64,000 nucleotides of DNA from Collinsella sp. (GCA_019414245.1 DXMK01000005.1:14463-78462), one strand, 5' to 3'. Shown: positions 38,725 to 47,942, numbered from the stretch's first letter. Numbers and translations: made by a program. The notes: generated by a model not told the origin, from the letters alone.

Positions 38725-39046
38725 GGGACGGGCTTTCCGGATGGGCGGGGTTTCGGAAAGTGCGTTCCGGAATTTGCCTTTGGAATGGGACGCGGTTTCC
38801 CGTTGAGGGTCTTGGCGGAAACTGTGTCCCGGAATTTGGCTTTGGAATGGGATGTGGTTTCCCGTTGAGCCTCTGACGGAAAGTGCATCCCGGAATCAGG
38901 TCGGAGAATGGGATGCAGTTTCCGGATGGGGTCTCCGCGGAAAGCGTGTCCCGGAATCGGGGCTCAGGGTGGGATGCGGTTTCCCGATGGGGCTGTAGGC
39001 GGAAACTGCATCCCGATCTATGCGGGAATTCTGGGATGGGTTTTCC
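38725..39046 (+). repeat. Tandem palindromic array, 61-62 bp period (left)
   Basis: 11 alternating 14-bp half-sites GGGAYGCRGTTTCC / GGAAASTGYRTCCC; forward units start at 38725, 38787, 38849, 38910, 38971, 39033. Confidence 0.9.
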
Positions 39047-39098
39047 TGGGTGGACGGGATGTTGACGCGCCTATTGGGGTTGATTTTGTACCGTTTGG

Positions 39099-39134
39099 AA
39101 AAATGAGACACGCCGTTCGCAAAAATGAGACACG
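39099..39134 (+). promoter_or_regulatory. 14-bp direct repeat with 22-bp period (regulator-binding candidate)
   Basis: AAAAATGAGACACG at 39099 and 39121. Confidence 0.6.
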
Positions 39135-39202
39135 TGGAACTGCGCGTTTTGTGTAGCATTCAAGGGAATGAGCCGCTCCACTCGAATAAAGCGAGGTCCC
39201 TC

Positions 39203-42200
39203 ATGTACGTTCCACACCCCCGTATCCGTAGGCTGTCGAAAATCCCGCTTGTTGGGACGGCGGCGCTTGCTGCGTTGATCGCCACGAGCGTCGCCTGCTT
39301 CACGGCCACGCCCCAGGTTGCCCAGGCGGCAGACGCGCCCGCAATCACCGATATGACCGAGCAGGATTATCAAGCCCTGGGTCTGGGCACGAGCGAGGAC
39401 ATTCCGGCCGATACCGTTGGCCCCTATTCCACTGATACCCCCACGACGTTTGCCACGCGCAGCGAGGTCTATATGGCAGCTAACGGTAGCCATGGCAATC
39501 GCTACACTCTGCGCGACAAGCTCGAGAACGTCGAGCGCGGTGACATTGGCGGCAGCAGCAAACTCACCGATGGCTATGGAAGTGTGTGGGGCGCCGCAAA
39601 GTTCTGGCAAAACGTCAACAACTTCGATACGAACAGCGATCTCTACAAGCATAGCGACTACGGTGGCGGCACCTGGTCGTACCTAAGCAACAATGAGTCC
39701 TCAACAGTACTCGCCAACGACAACAACGGTTTCTCGGGCATTCACGCCACGAGTGTTGAGTTCTGCAGCGACGCCAGCACGGGCAAAAAGAGCCGCGTTG
39801 CCGAGCTCCGTGCCTACGGCGACAGTTCCTCCACGACGATTGACGGCAAGTCATACGCCGGAAAGGTTGAGCTGGTCCTCTACTCGTTTAGCAACGGGCG
39901 TACGCGCACTCTCGACACACACCTGCCGGTGACGGTCAACACTAATATGATGTACGAAGGCCGTTTTAAGTACCTGGATGCCGGTTACCTGCAAGAGCAC
40001 GACGCCGTCTTTGATGTCGAGGCGGGCGATGTCGATGGCGACGGCGTCGACGAGCTTTTTGTCTACGCGGGCTGCTATGTCGACGAGAACGGCGTGCGCA
40101 AGGCTGTAGTCGACATGTATGACTTGGAGGGCGGCAACTGGAAGCAAAGCGTCGTCAAGATCGATGCCGGTAACGCCGCGGACTACACCACGCACAACAA
40201 GGGCGGGAACGACTCCTGGACGCAGCTTCAGTCAGCTCCTGTCGTTTCGCTAGCGGCCGGCGACCTCGATCGCGATTTTTGCGATGACCTCGCCATCGTG
40301 GTCTCGGCACCCTACGGCAAGAAGAATATTGATAAGTCGACGCATTGCGAGCTGTTTTCGTGGGATGCATCCAAGGGTGCGCTCGTCCATGTCGATGCTC
40401 TGGGCGACGCGGGCGCAATCTCCCTCTCCGCGAACGGCAAGACCATGGTCGCTGCGAATGCGACGTTCGGCACGTTTGCCGCCTACGATGAAGAAGGAAA
40501 GAAGACGGGTGAAACCGTCACGGGCCTTATTCTTGCGGGCTATGACTGGCAACGCAGCGCTTTTGATTACGGCGCTTCTGACGGCAGCAAGGGGCTGTAC
40601 GGCGCGCTGTACCGCTACGCGTATTTTGACTCGGAGTCTGGCGAGTTCAAGCTTTCCGATTGCAAGGAATACAGAGACGGGCTCCTCGCCTCCTATGGGC
40701 TGATGCATGTGCCCAACAGAGCATGGAAGGATAGCGCTCAGGATAAGCGCTATCCGTGCACCTTGGCGCCTATTGCCCTTGCCACTGCCAATCTTGACGG
40801 CCTGTCCGAGCAGCTGGCGGTCGACGAGGTGCTCGTGGGCGGCGATGTGTTCCGCGACTTTGCCTGCAGCACGGCACAGAGCGGGGCTCAGGGCTTGGGG
40901 TCCATGGTCGGAACCATGAGCATGAGCGGTCAGCAATACAACAGCAGCAACAAGCATGACCACAAGGGTATAGAGCAGGTGTGGATCAGCGACGTCAAGG
41001 CGGGCAGCGTCTCGGGTTCGGACCGCTATAACGAGAGCTTTATCGCCGTGGTGGGCAAGCACCGCGACGAGGACCTGCGCAAGAACGATGACTACTATTG
41101 GATGACCGCCTCGCATTTTTCGCTCGACGAGAACGGAAAGGTGCGCCGCGGCGAGGAGCAGGTGATTAGCGAGAGCAACCGTCGCGGCACTACCTACGGC
41201 ACATTTATCTCGCTCGCGCTGCCCGATGTCGACAACGACAGCGTCAAGATCACGTACAAGGACCGCTACAAGGTCTATACCAACCCGCGCGTGCTTGCCG
41301 TGCTGCAGGATGCGCCCTATGTGGAGGATCTGGAGCAGGCATACGGCTATCTGGTGTTGGGCGGCACGTCATACGGAGAGGAAAAGGGCACGGGGACATC
41401 CCAGGGCTATACCATTGGCGCCGAGTTGGGCGTTGCCGTCGAGGTGCAGACCGGTCCGCCCCTGGTCGCGATGAATGCTTCAGTCGATTTTGCCGCCGAG
41501 GGATGCTATGACTACCGGAGCGAGCGCACGGTCAGCGCAAGCGTAAGCTATGAGTCGCATGCCGGCGAGGGTGACAAGGCCGTGCTCTACACGATTCCGA
41601 TGGTCTATTACGAGTATGAGATCGAAAATGAGGAAACTGGTGGCAAGGGCGTGATGGCGGCGCCCGTGTCGCTCGGCGCGCAGACCTCGGTCGTTAATGT
41701 CGAGGCCTATGACCGCATTGCCAAACAGCACAATATGACGCCGCTCAGCTACTTTTTGACCAACCGGTCGGGAGAACCCGGAACCTATCAAACGACGCTC
41801 AACGGCGAGACTCCCGTTGGGGATTCCTTTGGTCTGGGCAAGCCTGGCGTAACGCGCGCCTACACGCACGATGGGTTTAACGGCGCCGCCGCGCAGTCGG
41901 GGGCGAGCATTGAGCAGACCATCGAAGTCGAGGAGGGCAAGGAGCAGGAGCTCGAGCTCGGCTTGACGCTGAACGGCAGCGTTGTCATGGGCGCGAAGCT
42001 CGCAAAGCACGAGTTGTTTGGCGGCCTGTGCTTTGGTGCCAACGCCGGCTTTACTACGGGTAACTCCTCGAGTGAATCGACCGAATACGGCGGCACCGTC
42101 GACAACCTGCCCGAGGCCGCGCAGGGCAAGTACGGTTTTGTGTGGCGTCTGGGCGTCAACGCGGTGGATGTCGACAAGTTCGAGGCAGACTCGGGCGACA

Positions 42201-43291
42201 AGCTCGGCACCAAGGACACCGACCAGTTCTGGATCGTGGGCTATGACGTTAAGGACGTCGAGATGCCCGACGCGCCGGCCGTGACGGGCTTTACGGCAAA
42301 CGCCGTCGATTCGACCAGCGTTACGTTTAGCTGGGACGATGTACTCGCAAACAAGAGTGGCTTTAGCTACGGCGTGGGCATGCTGCAGAGCAATGCGGCG
42401 GATGCGGTCGTCAATAGCTGGAAGATTGCCGACAACACGCAGACCTCGATCAAGTGGGATGGGCTGCAGCCCAATACGGAGTATCGATTCGCCATCGCCG
42501 CCGTTAAGAATGGATCCACGACCGAAACAGGTATTCGCTCGGCAATCATCACGGTCAAGACCATGCCCGATGGCATGACGATGACCGTGAGCGGACCTGC
42601 GGCGGATGCTGCGGAGTGGTCGGATCTTGGATACGACTCTTCGGTTGAGCGCACGGCGGGAAGCCACCTGACGCTCTCGGCGATTGGCCATGTGAAGCAA
42701 CTCGGTGCCGACGATAGCGAAACAGGGCTGGCACCGACCTATATGTGGTACCGCAAGGGCCGCGGCGAGACAGAGTTTAAGCTCGTGGGTGCCGATGGCA
42801 ACCTCGCGGCTGGAACGGCCTCAAAGCTCGAGATTGACCTGACCGCAGACGATGACGGTGCGCAGTATTACTGCCATGTGGGATACAACGACGTGGGCCT
42901 CGACACCGGCACGACGCTCGTGAATATCGAGGCCGAGGAGACGGCGCCCACAACGGTGAACGCCACCCCGATCCGCACGCGCCGCCTGTTCTCACAGGCA
43001 AGTGCGGGCGCCAAGAAGTTCCTGGACCATACGCTGGTAAACACCGCCGGCCCAACCGATTCCGAAGGCTCAAAGGACCCCGAGACTCCTGAGACCCCGA
43101 CGAACCCGGACAAGCCCAAGTCCGACAACGGAGCTAAGACCGACACCAAGGTCAAGACTACGACCACAGCGAAGAACCTCGCAAACACCGGCGACCAAAC
43201 ATTCGCCCTAGTCGCCACCGCAGCAGCAGCGGGAGCAACGCTCGTAGTGATAGCCCTCATCATGCTGATCAAGCGCCGCAAGACCCACTAG
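39203..43291 (+). CDS. Large sortase-anchored surface protein (FG-GAP-like repeats, FnIII, Ig-like domain)
   Basis: Signal peptide ending AQA-A; GDVDGDGVDEL and GDLDRDFCDDL; FnIII (SVTFSW..GLQPNTEYRFAI); Ig-like (YMWY..DDGAQYYC); Pro/Thr linker; LANTG plus TM plus KRRKTH. Confidence 0.88.
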   Translation: MYVPHPRIRRLSKIPLVGTAALAALIATSVACFTATPQVAQAADAPAITDMTEQDYQALGLGTSEDIPADTVGPYSTDTPTTFATRSEVYMAANGSHGNRYTLRDKLENVERGDIGGSSKLTDGYGSVWGAAKFWQNVNNFDTNSDLYKHSDYGGGTWSYLSNNESSTVLANDNNGFSGIHATSVEFCSDASTGKKSRVAELRAYGDSSSTTIDGKSYAGKVELVLYSFSNGRTRTLDTHLPVTVNTNMMYEGRFKYLDAGYLQEHDAVFDVEAGDVDGDGVDELFVYAGCYVDENGVRKAVVDMYDLEGGNWKQSVVKIDAGNAADYTTHNKGGNDSWTQLQSAPVVSLAAGDLDRDFCDDLAIVVSAPYGKKNIDKSTHCELFSWDASKGALVHVDALGDAGAISLSANGKTMVAANATFGTFAAYDEEGKKTGETVTGLILAGYDWQRSAFDYGASDGSKGLYGALYRYAYFDSESGEFKLSDCKEYRDGLLASYGLMHVPNRAWKDSAQDKRYPCTLAPIALATANLDGLSEQLAVDEVLVGGDVFRDFACSTAQSGAQGLGSMVGTMSMSGQQYNSSNKHDHKGIEQVWISDVKAGSVSGSDRYNESFIAVVGKHRDEDLRKNDDYYWMTASHFSLDENGKVRRGEEQVISESNRRGTTYGTFISLALPDVDNDSVKITYKDRYKVYTNPRVLAVLQDAPYVEDLEQAYGYLVLGGTSYGEEKGTGTSQGYTIGAELGVAVEVQTGPPLVAMNASVDFAAEGCYDYRSERTVSASVSYESHAGEGDKAVLYTIPMVYYEYEIENEETGGKGVMAAPVSLGAQTSVVNVEAYDRIAKQHNMTPLSYFLTNRSGEPGTYQTTLNGETPVGDSFGLGKPGVTRAYTHDGFNGAAAQSGASIEQTIEVEEGKEQELELGLTLNGSVVMGAKLAKHELFGGLCFGANAGFTTGNSSSESTEYGGTVDNLPEAAQGKYGFVWRLGVNAVDVDKFEADSGDKLGTKDTDQFWIVGYDVKDVEMPDAPAVTGFTANAVDSTSVTFSWDDVLANKSGFSYGVGMLQSNAADAVVNSWKIADNTQTSIKWDGLQPNTEYRFAIAAVKNGSTTETGIRSAIITVKTMPDGMTMTVSGPAADAAEWSDLGYDSSVERTAGSHLTLSAIGHVKQLGADDSETGLAPTYMWYRKGRGETEFKLVGADGNLAAGTASKLEIDLTADDDGAQYYCHVGYNDVGLDTGTTLVNIEAEETAPTTVNATPIRTRRLFSQASAGAKKFLDHTLVNTAGPTDSEGSKDPETPETPTNPDKPKSDNGAKTDTKVKTTTTAKNLANTGDQTFALVATAAAAGATLVVIALIMLIKRRKTH

Positions 43292-43387
43292 TAGCCAGTC
43301 GAACATATCGACAACCCAAAAACCCGGGTAGCCAAAAACATGAACTGCCTCCCATTTCTTGGACATGAGAAATGGGAGGCTTTCTTT

Positions 43388-43879
43388 ATGCGTGTCGACT
43401 TGAGGGTGAAGCACGACATCGAGGCCAGGAAGGCGGCGATCGGGCTCTTCGAGCGAGGCCACGGCTCCGAGTCGGCGGCGAAGGCGCTGTCGGTCCCGCG
43501 CGACACCGTGAGACGATGGCTCTACGTATACCGGTCGTTCGGAAGCGAGGTGCTGCTATCCATGGACGGCAAGCAGGCCAGGTACACATACGAGCAGAAG
43601 GTCGCCGCCGCCTCTGCCGTGGTCGACGGCGGCATGAGCAAGCGGGACGCCATGGAGGCGTTCGGGGTCATGTCCCTGGCGCCGCTCAAGAGATGGTGCG
43701 CGCTCTACCGCGAGGGCGGCGCCGAGGCGCTCAGGCCCAGGCCCAAGGGCCGGCCGAGCGGTTCCAAGGCGAGGCCGCGCACGCGCGAGCAGGAGCTCGA
43801 GGAGCGCTGCCGAAGGCTCGAGACCGAGGTGGCCTACCTAAAAAAATTGCGTGCCCTGGTCGAGAGGGACGGGCTCTGA
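43388..43879 (+). CDS. IS3 transposase OrfA (HTH)
   Basis: Two HTH-like segments; ends LETEVAYLKKL at an A7 slippery site (43840-43846). Confidence 0.88.
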   Translation: MRVDLRVKHDIEARKAAIGLFERGHGSESAAKALSVPRDTVRRWLYVYRSFGSEVLLSMDGKQARYTYEQKVAAASAVVDGGMSKRDAMEAFGVMSLAPLKRWCALYREGGAEALRPRPKGRPSGSKARPRTREQELEERCRRLETEVAYLKKLRALVERDGL

Positions 43880-44751
43880 CCAGGGCGAAGGTCGAGGCCG
43901 TGGGCGCCCTGCGCGAAGAGGGGCACGGGCTGGGGCGCCTGCTGGAGTGCGCCGGCCTGGCGAGGTCGAGCTACTACTACGCGCTGTCGCACCCGAAGGC
44001 CCCCACCAGGCCCGAGCTCTGGGAGGCCGCCGCCGAGATATTCTCGCGCACCGCCAACGGGTGCGGCCACAGGCAGATCGCCATGTGCCTGCGCGCCGAG
44101 CGGGGCGTGCGCATAGCCTGCAAGACCGTGCTGAAGATGATGCGCGAGATGGGCATCAGCTGCGGGATCCGCCGCGAGACCGACTACCACAGGTACAACT
44201 CGTACAGGGGCAAGGTCGGAAAGACCTTCGAGAACGTCATCGGGCGCGACTTCGCCGCCGACGGGCCGTGGGAGAAGATGGGCACCGACGTCACCGAGTT
44301 CAAGCAGCCCTGGGGCAAGGCCTACTTCGCGCCGGTCTACGACTTCGGCAGCAAGGAGATCGTCGCCTGGTCCACGTCGCTGCACCCCAACATGGCTCAG
44401 CAGCACGAGCTGCTCGACCAGCTCGTGTCCAGGAAGCCCGAGGGCTCCAGGCCGATCCTGCACTCGGACATGGGCTGGCAGTACCAGCAGGCCGGTTGGT
44501 GCAGGCGGCTGGAGGAGGCCGGCGTGGTGCAGAGCATGTCCCGGAAGGGCAACTGCATCGACAACGGCGCGACGGAGCAGGTGTTCGGCCACATCAAGGA
44601 CGAGTTCTTCCGCGGAAGGACGTGGCCGGACTTCGAGTCCTTCAAGGCGGACCTCGACGACTTCGTGGTCCATTGGAACACGAGGAGGCGCCAGGTTAAA
44701 CTGAAGGGACTGACCCCGGAGGAGTTCCGGAGACAGTCCCTTGCGGCGTAG
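43846..44751 (+). CDS. IS3 transposase OrfB (DDE), reached by -1 frameshift
   Basis: TDVTEF, HSDMGWQY, SRKGNCIDNGATEQVFG; -1 frame relative to OrfA. Confidence 0.9.
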   Translation: MACPGREGRALTRAKVEAVGALREEGHGLGRLLECAGLARSSYYYALSHPKAPTRPELWEAAAEIFSRTANGCGHRQIAMCLRAERGVRIACKTVLKMMREMGISCGIRRETDYHRYNSYRGKVGKTFENVIGRDFAADGPWEKMGTDVTEFKQPWGKAYFAPVYDFGSKEIVAWSTSLHPNMAQQHELLDQLVSRKPEGSRPILHSDMGWQYQQAGWCRRLEEAGVVQSMSRKGNCIDNGATEQVFGHIKDEFFRGRTWPDFESFKADLDDFVVHWNTRRRQVKLKGLTPEEFRRQSLAA

Positions 44752-44831
44752 TTCTTATTTAAGCCGTCCAAGTTTTGGGGTGCAGTTCAACAGGCCACCC
44801 GGGTTTTCTGTTGAGTGGAGACTCCGCAAGC

Positions 44832-45184
44832 GGAAACTGCATCCCACAATTAGCGCCCGGAACGGGACACATTTTCCGTCAAGCCCTCATCCGGAAAATC
44901 CATCCCAGTTTGAGCGCCCAGACCGGGACGCACTTTCCCAAAGGGTCCTCAACGGGAAACTGCGTCCCATAATTAGGCCGAGAAATGGGATGAACTTTCC
45001 CAATGAGAGCCAACCGGAAACCACGTCCCAGAATCAGCCCCCAAAGTGGGACGCACTTTCCCAACGAGCCTCAACCGGAAAATACATCCCGGAATCCAGC
45101 TGAATAGTGGGACACTCTTTCCCAATCGGGTCCCAAGCGGAAACTGCATCCCATTCCAGACAAGAATTCCGGGACACACTTTCC
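44832..45184 (-). repeat. Tandem palindromic array, 61-62 bp period (right, inverted relative to left)
   Basis: 12 half-sites; GGAAA units start at 44832, 44893, 44955, 45016, 45077, 45139; spacers resemble reverse complements of left-array spacers. Confidence 0.9.
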
Positions 45185-45270
45185 GCAAACAAAGAAGGCC
45201 ACATAACGTGGCCTTCAACTTATATATGTTCGGCGATACACCCAAGACAAGCCACGCCCCAACATCAGGG

Positions 45271-45400
45271 CGTCTGTCCAGGCGGAGGCATATAAGGTTC
45301 ATCGCGAGTTCCGCACGCAAAGAAGGCCACTTAATGTGGCCTTCGTCTTGCGCAGGACTGTCCGAGCAGGGAACCTTATATGCCTCCGCCTGGACAGACG
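45271..45400 (-). repeat. Long hairpin element with conserved core (right copy, inverted)
   Basis: 30-bp perfect outer arms CGTCTGTCCAGGCGGAGGCATATAAGGTTC and its complement; a partial extra inner stem at 45191-45216. Confidence 0.9.
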
Positions 45401-45427
45401 TTTCAGTTGTGGCTCAGCAGCTAGCAG

Positions 45428-47743
45428 CTACTTAATCTTGGTCGTACCCGGTGCCAGGTTGGGGTCGGTTTCGTTGGCCTCGGTCTGGAAGTGCTCGGTG
45501 TACACGTTCTTGCCGTCGCGGAACATCTCGTAGTACTGCATCTTGGCGTAATCCTCGCGTGCCTTGGTGGCGGCTGCTGCAGCGGCGTCGTCACCGGTGA
45601 CGTTGGAGGAAAGCGCCCAGCGCAGGCTGGCGTCCTCGTAGCCGACGGAGTTGATGGCGGGCAGCGACTCGCGCAGCGTCATGTGCGCTTTCTGGTAGTC
45701 GGTCAGCGGTGCGCCAATCAGCTGCATAAGCTGCGTGGACAGGTAGTTGGTGGACAGGTCGTCGACCTCGCTCGTCTGGTCGCAGCCGGCAACGTCGTAG
45801 TTGGCCCAAATGATGTAGTCGGTCTGCCACAGACGCTCCTGATGCGTAGCGTCGTCCTCGCCGGTAAACCACTTGTCGTTGAACTTGGACGGGAAGAACG
45901 GCTGATGGTCGCCCCAGAACACCACGACCACCTTGCGGTCGAGTTTGTTCAGGGCGTTGAGGAAGTAGCGCAGCGCCTGGTCGGACTGCTCAATGCACGA
46001 GACGTACTCGTCGACATCGGACAGCGTGCCGTCCTCAACGGTCTTGGCGTCCAGGTCGGTCGTGTCGATGTTCAGGTGCATCTGCTTGTCGACCGGCAGC
46101 AGACCCGTATCGTAGCCCGAGTGGTTCTGCATGGTCACGTCGAAGATAAACTGCGGATCGGCGTTCTGGTCGAGCAGCTCAAGAATCTTGTCGTAGGTAG
46201 CCTGGTCGGTCACCATATCGCGCAGGGTGTCGGCTCCCTGGAAGTCGTTGATGGACAGGAACTGGTCAAAGCCAAAGTCCTTGTAGACGTTCTCGCGGTT
46301 CCAGTTGGTTGCGTGGTTGGGGTGCATGGCTGTGGTGGTGTAGCCGAGCGACTTGAACTGTTCTGCCAGGTTCCCGGTCGTTTCCATGTTGTAGATGGTG
46401 TAGGGGTACACGCCCGAGCCCAGATTGGCCATGGAGTTGCCGGTCATAAACTCAAACTCGGTATTGGCAGTGCCGCCGCCGTAGGCGCTCACGTAGAGCT
46501 TGCCGCGGCTGAGGCAGTTGGACAGGTTCTTAAAGTACTGCGGGCCCTCGTAGCCGGCGCGCATGTTCTGATAGATGGACAGGTCCGAGAAAGTCTCGTT
46601 CATGATGGCGATGACCGTGGGTTTCTCGCTGTCGAACTGCTCCTTTGCGGCGGTGCGCTCGTCACTCTTGGCTGCGTCGGACTTGTCGTAGGCCTTGGCG
46701 TACTTTTTGAGCGTGGCCTTGGCATCGTCGACGGAGTAGTCGGCGGGTTTGGGCGGCTTGATGGACTGCGCTGCGCTAATGAAAGCGGGCAGGTAGCCCT
46801 CGCGCCAGTAGCTCTCGAGCGGGCGCCAGGTATAGACGGTGATGCCGAGGGTGTTGTAGTAGTCGATGAGCGTGACGTGCGCGGTCACGCCGCCCAGGCA
46901 CAGCACGGCGACGAGCAGATTGGTGAGCAGCATGCGCTTGGCGTTGGCGGCGCCCTTCTGACGGTGCGGTGCCACCAGGCCGGCGTACTCGCACAGCAGC
47001 ATAGCGATGGCGGTAAAGCCCATGGACAGCACGCAGAACAGCGAGATGGAGAAGGTGTAGCCGGTGCCGGCGACCGCGGCGGCGGTGGAGATGGCCGAAA
47101 GGTCGCCCGGCTGGATGGGCATGGATTTAAACGTGATGACGAAGAACTCGGCAATGCCCAGGACAAAGAGGGCAAAGGCCAGGACCGCGGGAGCTGCACC
47201 GTGGCGCTGGAACAGGAAGAACAGGCCGACCATGAGCGTGGTGATGATGGCCCACTCGAGCAGGATGCACAGGGGGTAGACCCAGGTAAAGTCGTGGTTG
47301 GACGAGACCTCCATGCCCAGCAGCGCGAAGACGCCGGCGAGCAGCAGGCACAGGACGGCGGCGACGAGCGGTTTGCCCACAAAGGCTCCGCGCAAACGAG
47401 CGAGCTTGCCGGTGGGGGCGGGCGCATCGGCCGAGGCGAACGCAAAGACGCGCGGGGCGATGCGGTCGCGGGCGATACTGGCCCAGGCGCAGCCGGTGAG
47501 GATGGCATTGGTCAGGATGAGCATCACAAAGGCGAGCGGCTCGTTTTGGGCGACGAGGCCAATGGCGCCCCAAATGGTCAAAAAGAGCTGGAACAGGCCG
47601 AAGGCGACGCTCCACCCAAGAGCGCTTTTGGCAACGGTGCCCGACTGAGCGCGAATGGCCTTGGCCTCGCGCAAGACAAGGTAGACGGTCGCCGCAAGAC
47701 CGACGAGCGAGATGGCGGCAGCGAACATGCTGAGACTCCTCAC
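45428..47743 (-). CDS. LTA synthase (LtaS)/sulfatase-family membrane protein
   Basis: Multi-TM N-terminus; MNETF, GGGTANTEFE (Thr nucleophile), MHP, TMQNH, WGDHQP. Start uncertain. Confidence 0.88.
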   Translation of the reverse strand: MRSLSMFAAAISLVGLAATVYLVLREAKAIRAQSGTVAKSALGWSVAFGLFQLFLTIWGAIGLVAQNEPLAFVMLILTNAILTGCAWASIARDRIAPRVFAFASADAPAPTGKLARLRGAFVGKPLVAAVLCLLLAGVFALLGMEVSSNHDFTWVYPLCILLEWAIITTLMVGLFFLFQRHGAAPAVLAFALFVLGIAEFFVITFKSMPIQPGDLSAISTAAAVAGTGYTFSISLFCVLSMGFTAIAMLLCEYAGLVAPHRQKGAANAKRMLLTNLLVAVLCLGGVTAHVTLIDYYNTLGITVYTWRPLESYWREGYLPAFISAAQSIKPPKPADYSVDDAKATLKKYAKAYDKSDAAKSDERTAAKEQFDSEKPTVIAIMNETFSDLSIYQNMRAGYEGPQYFKNLSNCLSRGKLYVSAYGGGTANTEFEFMTGNSMANLGSGVYPYTIYNMETTGNLAEQFKSLGYTTTAMHPNHATNWNRENVYKDFGFDQFLSINDFQGADTLRDMVTDQATYDKILELLDQNADPQFIFDVTMQNHSGYDTGLLPVDKQMHLNIDTTDLDAKTVEDGTLSDVDEYVSCIEQSDQALRYFLNALNKLDRKVVVVFWGDHQPFFPSKFNDKWFTGEDDATHQERLWQTDYIIWANYDVAGCDQTSEVDDLSTNYLSTQLMQLIGAPLTDYQKAHMTLRESLPAINSVGYEDASLRWALSSNVTGDDAAAAAATKAREDYAKMQYYEMFRDGKNVYTEHFQTEANETDPNLAPGTTKIK

Positions 47744-47942
47744 AAACTTAAAACCTACGAAAGCGGGGGTTTACCCGATTGTTACCTAAATATGCGCTGC
47801 ACTTGCGGGCTGCGCACAACAATCAGCCATATTAACGCGCATGTGTGGCGGTACGGCGCAATGTAGTGGCGACCTGCGCGATAATGGACGGGAATTACAC
47901 GGAAACGCAAAGGCTTCTTAAAGAATTGACGAGGATAGAGCT

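Larger units (their letters stand above)
43341..44789 (+). mobile_element. IS3-family insertion sequence (IS150-like), 1449 bp
   Basis: TG..CA ends; IRL TGAACTGCCTCCCATTTCTTGGAC vs IRR(rc) TGAACTGCACCCCAAAACTTGGAC; 3-bp target duplication ACA (43338-43340, 44790-44792). Confidence 0.95.

Noticed and set aside
38883..39159. Short ORFs over the repeat arrays (also 44741-45435)
   Set aside because: They are translations of the DNA repeats. The 61-62 bp period is not a multiple of three and no RBS is evident.
43372..43845. 459-aa ORF 43372-44751 as a single transposase
   Set aside because: Its 5' part is the -1 frame overlapping orfA. The biologically plausible product is OrfAB via frameshift at the A7 site.
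38725..45184. CRISPR interpretation of the two 61-62 bp arrays
   Set aside because: Repeats are degenerate 14-mers in alternating orientation, spacers are only 15-18 nt and resemble one another, and no cas genes are in the window.
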